Source: Dimorphilus gyrociliatus
Taxonomy: Eukaryota > Animalia > Annelida
Assembly (NCBI GenBank): GCA_904063045.1
Contig: CAJFCJ010000013.1
Span: 1,346,156 to 1,410,155, forward strand
DNA length: 64,000 nt
Reading direction: 5' to 3'
The position numbers and the translations under genes were made by a program. A model generated the notes under the pieces. It was not told the origin of the DNA. It ran no database searches and was given only the letters and a program-made list of their open reading frames with translations. This document shows positions 37,032-55,781 of this stretch, piece after piece. Numbering within the stretch: the first letter of the stretch is position 1; each line of letters begins with the position of its first letter.

Positions 37032-39951
37032 ATGATTCTAAAACTCCTTATTTTTTGTAAGCTGGGAATTTTATTTTATTATTATTAACATTAATAATTT
37101 ATTAATTATTATTTCTACGTATAAAATACATACAAGCATGAAATTTTGATCAAATTTAAATAGGTAATTTCGGATTGTTTGCCCTAACATCAAGTGCAAG
37201 CGAGGCAGAACTTCATAAGCGTTTTAAAAATATTCAACCGGCAATTAGGCCTTTAAACGAAGGATTAACATCTGTTTTGGAAATTGATTTAGTATCACCA
37301 AAGGTCATGGATTTGGTAAGTACAAATATTATATTTATACAATACGCAAATACGAAACTTGGCTGCTAGAAAGAAACTGACTTATCGACGTATTGACTAG
37401 TAAATAATGAATTTCATACGATATACCTGTATAATATATACTGTATATGCTATGCTTATATAGTATGTAAAGGACTTTTATACCTTGTAGTCTACTAACT
37501 ACTAGCTCTTTTTATTCATTTATAAAGTAACAACTATTACCAAACTATATACCTTTAGACGTTTCTCTCTAGTCTTTCTTTCCGTTTCCTGCCTTTATCC
37601 TCTCTTCTATTTACGTTTATAAGGGGAGAGGATATACTGTATATTTTATACTTTCGTATAACACATATACATATAGTACGTAGATTCTATTTGCTTCTTT
37701 TTTATTGTATTTGTTATTACTTCCCTCTTTCATAACGCCTACAAAACAGGTAGAACATAAGAATCTTTTAAGGGTCAATAGTTGGCTACGTCTAAAATGG
37801 AAGGATGATCGCTTGAAATGGTCAAAAGAGGATTTTGCAGATGTGAATACAACTCGGCTACAAGTTCAGAATATTTGGACACCCAGAATTATTCTTTCAA
37901 ACATGTAAGACACTTCAAATCTGCTTAAACTTAATTTCTAGGTTTTCTATCTTTCCTTCACCCCTTCACACTCACTCTCCTCCCTGAAAAACACGCTTAT
38001 TAAAATAGAGAAAAGAAGAAGAGAGGGAAAAGAAAGAGAGAGAGAGAGAAAAAAGTAATCATAATCATAAAGGGATTTTTCATCAGTCTTTTCTTAATTA
38101 ATCTCTAATGTAATTATTTTTTTTCTCTCACTCTCTTCCTTTACCCTAATCTCCCTCCATCTTCTTTAAATAAGTTTTTCTGATCCTCTCTCTCTCACTT
38201 TCTCAATCATCACCTTTCCCTTGATATATAATATATGTGAGTATAGGTGGTGTATATACAGTATATATAATGTATATATCATGCAAAACCTACATATACG
38301 TTATATACTAATATATATATATATATGTATTGTGTAAATAGAGAGGATCCTAATTCCTTAAGATTTTACAACTAAAAAATGTTTGGCTTTCTTCTAAACA
38401 TCATATTTTGTTTGCTATTTCTTCTCAAGTTTATCATGCACAATACTGCTTTAAAAAATCGATTAGGAGGTCTACAAGCGTTTACCTATACAGTTGTATC
38501 TAACTATGGCTGTATAGGTGAAAAAAAACCAGATATATGCAGAATATACAGTATATATTTTAATGACCTCAATAATATGGTCGTTAAATATATATATGTA
38601 TATATACAGTATATATACTGTATAATATTTCAATATAAATGCAATTAATATAAAGGGGAGAAAGATTTACTAGAAATTTGAAATCCTGATGATAATAGAG
38701 TCTCTTGGGCGTCTAAAAGCGTCATTGTTGTACACCAATTGTTAAGGACTCTATAAAAAGTCGAAAGTAAATAGGTACTCATATTGTCAAGTGATTGTTG
38801 ATAGGTTTTATGTAATTTTTTCATTATATATTTTTTCTTCCTCGTTTTCAAAATTCTAATTTCTTCTTTTTGTTTGTTTGTTTGTTTTAGTTTGTTTTTT
38901 TTTTTTTTTAAAAAATATTTATAGGGCGGATACAGAATCTCTTGTTGCTTCGTCAGCATCTGAAAAATATTTAGTACGTGTTACTAGTGACGGTGATGTT
39001 ACTTGGACGTATCCAGCCATCTTCAATGTTGACTGTCATTTTGAATTTTGGAGATTTCCTTACGATACGCAACATTGTTGGCTACATTTTACAGTTGTTG
39101 ACTATTTATCTAATGAACTAAAGTTTACTATACCGAAAGGTATGAGGCAAACGCACAAAATTGAAAGTCGTGAATGGATAATAATGGAATTTAAACCATT
39201 TGTAATTAATCCGGACCAAGGAGGAGAAAATTATCCAGGTTTAACGTTTGTCGTTTCTATGAAACGGAAATCGACCTACCATTCAGCAGTTTATGTTACT
39301 CCCTGCATCTTTACTATAATGATGACGTCTCTAATATTCTGGATACCAAGCCATATTAATGATAGACTTACTATTATAGCGTTACTTTTTATTACAACAT
39401 TAATACTGTTTATCTCTCTTACGCAATATCTTCCAGTTTCAATTGGTTCTATTCCAGCATTGGCGCTATATTATCATTTCACCCTATTCTTTCTGTTTTT
39501 TGTACTATTTATCAATATTATTCTATTGAATATTAAAGATAGAAAATTCAAGACCGAAAGCGTTCCCAATTTGTGTAGAAAACTGTTTTTGGGTAAACTA
39601 AGGACTCTTTTCTGCGTTAGAAAGTTTCAATATCTACCCGTTGATAGTTCGGGAGTAAATTCAATGAGTAGAACAATGATAAATGCCGATGATTTATTTG
39701 ATAACGAAGCTCTTCCAAGATCACCAACCCTTTCGTTGGAGAAGACGTTAGAAGATATAAGGAAGTACTTAAGAGTTTGCGCTCAATTGCAAAATAACCC
39801 ACAGGCGAGCAACAATAACGAGAATGCTACATCTCATAAGGAGTTAGTCGACAACGAATGGAACCAATTAACGACTGTCCTCGAGAGACTTTTCTTTTGT
39901 TTCTATATCGTTTTTAACGTGATTTTGTCGATAGCTCTATTATCCCATTAA
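37032..39951 (+). CDS. Cys-loop ligand-gated ion channel, divergent nAChR-like non-alpha subunit, 4 exons
   Basis: Signal peptide; RP motif; WKDDRLKW, IWTPRI; Cys-loop CHFEFWRFPYDTQHC; four TM helices in exon 38925-39951; no vicinal Cys in loop C. Confidence 0.9.
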
Positions 39952-40631
39952 TATAAAAATATCTATATATATATATATATATATATACTGTATATAACAG
40001 TATACATATATATTTCATGTTTTTCTATTACTCATACAATCCACGGAAGAAAGATAATCCTGCGATAAAAGATCATTACTTTTCTCTTTATTATGACATT
40101 TTTCAATAAAAAGTTATCATTTGTTGCATGATAAGAAAAATAGATAGTGCATAGGTATATTTAAAATGAAAAAGGGATGAAAGAAAGAAAGAAGAAAGAG
40201 AGACGGACCGTGGGAGGCTAAGTAATAAATATAAATGTTTCTATTAACAGCCTCTCTTTCCCCTTTTGCTGTCTTTCTCCTCTCTCTCTCGCTCTCTCTT
40301 CCCTTATATATCCGTCTAAAAATATTTTGCTGATATATACAAATGCACCTAGAAAGTACGTTATACAACCGTATTCCTTAAAAAAGAATATTAAATCAAG
40401 ACTATGCAAAAAATAGGATTAGCAAAAATGTAAAAGTAGAAGAAAAGTGTGTCAAATAATTTTCACTTTTTTTCTGTTTCTTTATGTTGTTCTTGCTTAT
40501 TTGCAGGTTAAAATCTATATTTAATTCCTGATTGCAGCCTATCTGCTATATAGGGCTTGTTGCAGGCAGAATGACAAAAGGAATAGCCAGATAGGTACGA
40601 ATGTATAAATGATATTTGTCTTAGGTATGTT

Positions 40632-48217
<7,586 letters not shown>

Positions 48218-48341
48218 TTTAATAGTAGAAAGTTTATTTCAAATCAACATCTAATTATACAATAAAGGCATTTTTTTTCAAGTTCTTCCCGAATGGCAAT
48301 ATTTACACTGCGGCCATGTTTAGGGCACATGTCCATACTAA

Positions 48342-48350
48342 TCACGTGAC
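48342..48350. promoter_or_regulatory. CLEAR-like E-box upstream of the class II PI3K
   Basis: TCACGTGAC about 125 bp upstream of ATG 48217; function inferred only. Confidence 0.4.
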
Positions 48351-48560
48351 TTGTGTTTTTTTTTAAATTTTGTTCATTAAATTACTAAATAATTTACTTT
48401 AACTCGAATTTTAGAAAATAATTATCTTAAATGTGTACGTGTCCTAAAAATTAAGTTTATTATTATAACGACATCTATCGGCCTTAACTCTTTGGCGCCA
48501 ATTCAACATTACAAAAATATACGTTGTTCAAAATTCTCTGCATATATTTATCTCAATATA

Positions 48561-50641
48561 TTAAATATTTTTGAACTTTTTAATTAGGTCTGATTCGTCC
48601 TCGTCAACTTTCGCAGCTTCAGTTTCAGAACTGTCTTGTGAGTTGTTAAGACTAAATGATTCTAAAATTTTAAATTTTAAATTAAGAGAAGAAATGAATT
48701 TTTTATCACAACCTGAGGCTTCAGATGCAGTAGCAGTATCAATGTCAAATTCCAGACTCTCGCAATGAATACCTAGTAAAAAAAATACAATTGTATAATT
48801 TGGATTTTTTTAATTTAAAATGTAACGTAAGCCATTAGATTAAGAACACTTACTGCAATCACCAGCGGATACGTCCTCGTCTAATCCGACTTTTGTCTGT
48901 GGAGAGTTTTGAGGAGATAATCCCATCATTCTGTGAAAATTAAGTCATCTTTTAATACTAAACAAAAGGAATATTTTACCACTATATCGGTTAAAGCATC
49001 GCTTACCTCTGCAAGTCTTCCTCTTTTATTGTGGTTGAGAGTGCTGTTTCACGTGTTTCGTTGTCAAATTCAAAGCCACAGAACATCTGAGAATTTAACC
49101 GACAACATAAACAATGTTGTATACCGTTAAATCTCAGATATACAGATTGAGGGAAAGCATCAGCGGATACATCTAAACATTCAGTCAATCGTCTGTTTGA
49201 TAAAAAAAATTCTTTAATAGTACTTGAAATGTCTTATTTCATATTTTTAATACTCATGGCTCAGTCCGTCGAAATTGCTTTTCTGCTCAGAGTTCTTACA
49301 TCCTGTTGACTGATGATTCAAGATGATTGGCGAGTTACCCCCAGAACCAAACTTTTCAAATTTCGAGCGATATTGGCAGGATGTAGGAAGACACCAATGA
49401 TAAACAGGAGAAGCACAATCATTTGTATCATTCATGTATGAAACTGCATTAAAATTAACTGGTTCATATTTTACATTAGCACACTGTTGATTCGATGGAC
49501 TGGCACCATGATCTGTTGGATCTACTACATTCTCATCGTTATTCGGGACAATTAAGCTCTCCTCAGTTATTGTGACTACTTCGTTCGTTTCATTTTCTGG
49601 AGCTACTTCTTGATCATAGTTATTCGGGACAATTAAGCTCTCATCACTTATTGTGATTATTTCACTCTCTCCATCTTCCGGACCCACTTCTTGATCACTG
49701 TCACTTAGGACAATTAAGCTCTCATCACTTATTGTGATTATTTCACTCTCTTCATTTTCTGGATCTTCTTGACCACTGTCATTCAGGAAAATTAAGCTCT
49801 CATCACTTATTGTGATTATTTCACTCTCTTCATTTTCTGGAGCTACTTCGCTCCCATCATTATTTGTAGACAACACGCCGCTCGTCACATTGCTAGTTGA
49901 AGCTACTCCGCTCTCACTGTTATTCAGGACAATTGTGATCTTATCACCCATTATGACTATTTCGTTCTTTTCATTTTCCAGGGCTACTTCTTGACCATTG
50001 TTATTCAGATCATTTAAACTCTCCTCATTTATTGTGACTACTTCATTCTTTTCATTTTTCGGAGCTACTTCTTGACCACTGTTATTCGGGATGACATTAC
50101 TCTCATCAATTTTTATGACTATTTCACTCTCTTCACTTTCCGGAGCTACTTCGCTCTTACTGTTATTCGGGACAATTGTGATATCATTGCTTTCCGTGAC
50201 AACTTTGCTCTCTTCGTTTTCCAGTGCTACTTGTTGACCGTTGTTATTCAGTACATTTAGACTCTCCTCATTTATTGTGACTACTTTGTTCTTTTCATTT
50301 TTCGGAGCTACTTCTTGACCACTGTTATTCGGGATGACATTACTCTCATCAATTTTTGTGACTATTTCACTCTCTTCATTTTCTGGAGCTACTTCGCTCC
50401 CACCATTATTTGTAGACAACACGCCGCTCGTCATATTATTTGTTGGAGCTACTCCACTCTCACCATCTCCTTCAGCTACAATAGGTTCATTTCGGCTCGT
50501 AGCTTCAGTTGGGCTCCTACATCTATCAATCTCATTAATACGAGCTTGTGTTGAATAGCTCGTGTCAGAGTTCTCTGGTTGGAGCATTTCGCTTAGAAAG
50601 TTTACTACTCCACCTACTGCAAATAAAGAAAAAATAAACAT
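48561..50641 (-). CDS. Acidic low-complexity protein with about ten 27-aa repeats carrying SIM-like motifs; 4 visible exons, start uncertain
   Basis: ORF 49247-50641 plus downstream exons (about 49190-49010, 48930-48855, 48772-48561) that read in frame to a stop at 48561. Confidence 0.7.
49530..50460 (-). repeat. Coding tandem repeat, 81-nt unit with higher-order duplication
   Basis: GGAGCTACTTC recurs 81 nt apart (e.g. 50304 and 50385); unit EVAPENEESEI(V/I)T(I/K)xxES..PNNSGQ. Confidence 0.9.
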
Positions 50642-51237
50642 ATATTAGTATTTTTGGAGTCTAAATGATCAAAAAGATATCATAATTTGGATAGAAATGG
50701 AGGGAAAAAAGCAGCTTGTCATTACGACATGCCACTATCAGCCATGGCGTATTTTGAAAAAAACGTTAAATTAAAAGTTACTTTTCTATTGATGACCTTT
50801 TTCTTCAGAACCCATTTTAATTCAATTGAATAAAACTTCTTAAGTAAATTTTCACATGAAATATTAACTTCTAAAACTATAAAACATTCAACTTACTTCA
50901 AAGTTATACGATTTAGTTTGCTCTTTTCAGGACAGTACTAGTTTAGGGCATGGGTACTGGGATGGCGCCACTGAATTGGCCAATCATCATCGCTTTCATA
51001 TCCTAGCCATGGAAAATACACCATGGACTTTACTAAATTTGATTTAACGAATGATATTAAATTAATATTAAAAATGGATTTAATACAACATTGTATTTTA
51101 TTAACAAAAAAATTTTTTTTAAATATTTTGTTTTTACCGCCATAGAAAAATTCACCGGTCAAGAGGCGGTTTCTCTGAAAGGCGACTGTATATCCAAAAA
51201 CTAATTTTAATTTTTAAAGATATTTTAAGAAGACATT

Positions 51238-52309
51238 ATGTCACGCCAAGCTTGTTTGATAGTTCTTAGCTCAGCCATTGAGGGTATTAAATGAATACAT
51301 GTCAACTCTTAATAGTTTCAGTGTGTTTAATATTTCTATTATAATATCGCTCAGGTGTTAACATACAATCATTTATGCAAGCCTTTTCATTGCTTAATAC
51401 ATCGTTTAACATCGACTTGGCGTCACCGAACGTAAGTATTGATAAATAGAATTATTAAATTTGAAACTGTCAATATAAATTTTAAAGGGACGATTAGGAG
51501 AATTTATAGGTTTTTCAGAAGAGGCTCATAAATGGTTGGCGGACTTTAAAACTAAACCCCAAGCCACTCCAATTATGTTGAAAAGCATTTCTGGTCAATA
51601 GATCAATTATTAAGAAAATTATAAACTATATTTAAATCTTTCAAACAGTTGACAAATACAGTGCCTTAGTAATTCCAGACGCTCCTGGAGCTCACTTTGA
51701 TTTGGCTCATGACGAACATATGGCGGAGATTCTCCATGATTTTATGCGAGAAAAGAGTATGTATTATATAATTAGAAGTTTAAGACTAAATTAGTTGATT
51801 TAGAATTGATTTGCGCTATCTCAAACGGCGTATCTGGCTTATTCCCCGCCAAGAAGAACAACACCTGGATATTTAACAGTTATAGTATGACATGCGTGAG
51901 TAGCTTTTGGCATAATGATAAAATATTAATATTTTAAGGAAAGAAATTATTTAATTAGCGATAATGGTAAACTTATTTTTTTTCTATATAGACTCCTTTA
52001 GTCGATTTAGTACGAGCGTCTTTAGTTCAAGATACCCGATTGACAATGCCGCAAGATTTTATTGTATTTAACGGTGGCTCTTACGCACCTTCGTCAAGTT
52101 CTTCTACTACTAAGGACAGTAGTAGAAAACTTCATGTTGTTATCGATAATAATCTAATTACAGCTGCCACCGTTCAATCCACTTTGATTGCTATTCAAAA
52201 TGTCATTTTATTATCAAATCCGCAGTAAGCATCTCTATATAAAATATGCTAAAAAAATATTTACAAAAAACTTCTTTTTTCATTTTTTAACAGAATTTAC
52301 AAAAGTTAA
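51238..52309 (+). CDS. GATD1: Glutamine amidotransferase-like class 1 domain protein 1 (PDDC1; FERRY Fy-5), 7 exons
   Basis: MSRQACLIVLSSAIEG|VNIQSF..FNIDLASPN|..YSALVIPDAPGAHFDLA..|LICAISNGVSGL..WIFNSYSMT|..HVVIDNNLITA; matches recalled GATD1; mostly absent from the ORF track. Confidence 0.88.
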
Positions 52310-52343
52310 GGAGAAAACCTTTGAAAAAAAATAAAATTTCCAT

Positions 52344-53469
52344 TTATTTTTTAGTTTTACCCAATCTCCCAAGAGCTCTGCCAACTTGTATTTTCGTTTT
52401 AAAAGAACCCCATTTAGATCCAGTTTTAGTGGTCTCTTTTACCGGATTTACAAGCTTAACGATCTTTTCTGCTGGCGAAAAATAACTCATTTATTTGTCA
52501 ACCAAACAGTAAATGTTGATGTAAAAAATAAAACAACTTTTTTTGTATAAATAATAAGTAAAAAATTTAAGATATTAAATAAGTACGTTTAAATATTATC
52601 AATTGAATATAATACGTTATTAAATAAACGAATATAGGATTTAAAATAGATTATTTAGAAAGTTATTTAAAAATAGCTTGAGTGTGTATTTATTAGAAAA
52701 TAGGATTTGTAGAAGAGAATAGGGGATTGGTTCTACTTGTATATCCATTAAAATTATCTTGTATTAAATACTGGTTTAAGAGTAACAATCAATTTCTTAT
52801 AATAATTAAAGTTTTATCCATTTTCAATTTATAAATATATTACTAATACAATATTAGTATTTTTTTAAATAAGATTCTTCTTAAATACCTTTTAATCCAA
52901 TATCAATTTCTTCCATATTATTTAATAAACAGGTATATTTAGAATCTGAATATGTGATTTTTTTTATTTTTTGAATAAATATAAGTGATAGATAACACAC
53001 AAAAATATAAAGTGTTACACTTACTTTGACATTTCATTAGAATGTAGGTTTGACGAGGTGTAATAAATGAATTTACGTATTCATGGGCATAACTCTGAGA
53101 TGACAGGTTTGTTAATTCTCCATTAGAATTAAGTAAATCGATAGTATCTAAAAAAAAAAAATTAAGAAAGCTCCAACAAATATCCGTGTTACCTTAATTA
53201 CACTCCTAATAATCGAACGTTTAAATAAATATTAATTAAACAAACCTTCCTCTTTCACGTTGCAAGTTCGTTTTATTGAGTGTATCAAAAATTTACCTTT
53301 ACAACAATTCGTGAATAAAGCTTCACTGTTATCTGTCAAGAAGGTATTTATATATTAGCATATTTAATTAAAATTAATTAATTGATTAATTAAATAATTA
53401 ATTGGCGCAATGATTTAAATAAAAATGATACAAACCTCCGTACTTAACGGTGAAGAAGCTGTCCTGCAT
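52344..53469 (-). CDS. C22orf15/CXorf65-like small protein, 5 exons
   Basis: MQDSFFTVKYG|DNSEALFTNCC..SIKRTC..|DTIDLLNSNGELTNL..YAHEY..TPRQTYIL|..YTCLLNN|..GKTKK*; all junctions GT-AG and in frame; family recalled from the FxVKYGD, IDL and TYxL pattern. Confidence 0.7.
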
Positions 53470-54334
53470 TATATAGAAAAAAATAGGTAATTCCTTCTAA
53501 GTGCTAGTCAACGAAACTATTACAGGGATTAACTGATCCTTAATTATAAAACTAGTAACTATTCAAGCCATGAGATTAGAACGTTTCGCGAGGAACGCAG
53601 AGTAAAAACTGACAAGAGAAATATTGACTACGAAAATATTATGATAAGAGTGAAGGCGAATAAGGGAGGGGGGAGGGATTTCGTTGACGGGGGTGTGTAA
53701 ATGAAGGGGGAAGATTGTAAGAGAGAAAAGTGTAAAATAGAATAAAGTTCAAACAGAACGCCCACCAAGGTTTACTAGGAAAATGTTGAATCGGCAACTA
53801 TATATGTTTTCCTATATTCTTTGATCATAACGGTCACTTAAGCAATCCAAAGGATAAAGTGGTCTTTTAGTTTGCCTTTAGTAAATAATTATTATATCTT
53901 CTTGACTGTTGTCTATTCTTTACCAGAATCTCTTAGAGTCTAGTAAAACGTCTCAGTAGAAAAATCTTATCAATAAAACATATATTTAATATTTTTATAT
54001 CAATTCATATTTAATAAAGAAGTTGATCTCTTTCAAGTTTTTTCTTTTTTCCAAAGAATTACAATTAAACTTTTTCTCTCGGCTTCGTAGAAAAAATATT
54101 GCGTTTCGTCTTCCTGAATAGAATACTTTTTTTTCTATAAAGCTCAAACATAGAATAAAAGTTGAATTTCTAGCAATATATTGTTCTGTGATAATTCCCT
54201 ATAAGGTTAATTATCAGTTCTTTTCAGAAGATTGATACATAGCAATTATTGTAACTTACAATAAAAAGGGAGCATTAATTTCAAGTTTTTTTTCTTAATT
54301 TTTTACTTATTCTCCTACTCACTCACTCATTCAA

Positions 54335-54379
54335 TCTCTCTCTCTTTCTCTGTCTCTGTCTCTCTCTCTCTCTCTCTCT
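54335..54379. repeat. (TC)n microsatellite
   Basis: Direct reading. Confidence 0.9.
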
Positions 54380-55781
54380 GTATAATAGGGTATCTTTTCT
54401 TTACTCTACATTCTCTATCCTTTGTTCACCTCATATCTTTTTAAAAGAGATTTTATAGTCGATAGATTTATTAGAAATCGTAAGGTGAACGGATTTAATA
54501 GAACTGAGAACAAAATCGCTCCTGTTAAGCTTTACGACTTAACTATTCAAATTATTTTTAGACGATAAATATAATCCGTATTTTATTAATAAATCTTACT
54601 ATAGATCATGTATTCTATTAGTCTATTACTATCATCTATATCAGTATGTCTACATCATGCCATTCTCTTTTCGACTGACATCTGGTGGTTACGAAAAAGA
54701 AATGTTCCATTCTATTCATCTTTAAATTAAAAGTTAATTAACTTTATCCAAAGTGAAAATATTCATGAAATAATAATAACCCCAAGTATCACCTAGGGAT
54801 AAGTAAATAATTATCACTTTTGTCATTATATCCTATATTTACACAATTTTGAAATATTAATATTTAATACAATTTCAAAATAGAGAAAAGAACGTTTGGT
54901 ATTATTTCTAAAAATACTTCCATAAAAAGAAATTACTGTAACAAAAAAACAATCCTTAGAGGATAAATCTTTTATACTTTTATAAAGTAACATAGTGTAT
55001 AATAAATTATGCAAGGAATTATATATCGTAAAGATTCCATTTTGGAATTTCCAAAAAAAAAGAAGAATAAAAAACAAGGTGAGTTAATACTTTTCACTTT
55101 ATACACTGGATTAAATGTATATAAAGAACATAACTTCTTTATTAGATTTTACTTTTTTTAGAAGTTAACAAAAATTTATATTAAGGTGTACAATGATTCT
55201 TTTATTTATATACAATATCTATATATCTATATATCTATAGTTACGATCTAAATAACAGTTTTATTGTACAAAAAGGCCTTAAATTAACTTCTTTTTCTTT
55301 ACAAGTGAACATTGTTTGAAAAGTTCGGTAGGTCTCATATTGAAAACATACTTTTTAAGAAAATTAGAGCTTTTCTTATTAGAACTCAGTTGGCAAAAAA
55401 AAAAACATGGCTACCATACTAGACGCATTAAAAAAATTAACGTACTCAAAATATGTTGACCTAAATAGGCATTTTTTTAGGGAACTATTTTTTGTCTTTT
55501 ATAATGTTTGCTTAAAAAACACTTTTTACAGAGCGAAAAACACATCTAAACCGACATATATATGTTTAACAAGCACTTGGCTTATAATCGCCGATTATTT
55601 ACGATAAAAAAATCTTTAGTTACAAAACGTTGATTTATGTACACTACGTAGAAAAAAGGTTAAATAAATATTGTTCAATGTATTATTTAAGTCGTTTTTA
55701 TTCAACTAATAAGTTTATTAAGTTAATTGCGAAGAAAAAGAAAAGAGAAATAGGTTTATATTTCATGTTTGGTTTCTGTTT

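Noticed and set aside
49530-50460. Regularly spaced repeats as a possible CRISPR-like array
   Set aside because: Whole units are degenerate copies of each other within one reading frame; there are no unique spacers and the context is eukaryotic.
49812-50558. Plus-strand ORFs over the repeat gene
   Set aside because: Antisense shadows of the minus-strand coding repeat.
50938-51162. 74-aa ORF upstream of the repeat gene
   Set aside because: All three minus frames stop within the GC-richer segment; more likely 5' UTR or promoter sequence of the divergent pair.
53500-55780. Short ORFs 54826-55077, 55407-55607 and 55630-55827
   Set aside because: AT-rich, no homology cues or exon chains; consistent with UTR or intergenic DNA.
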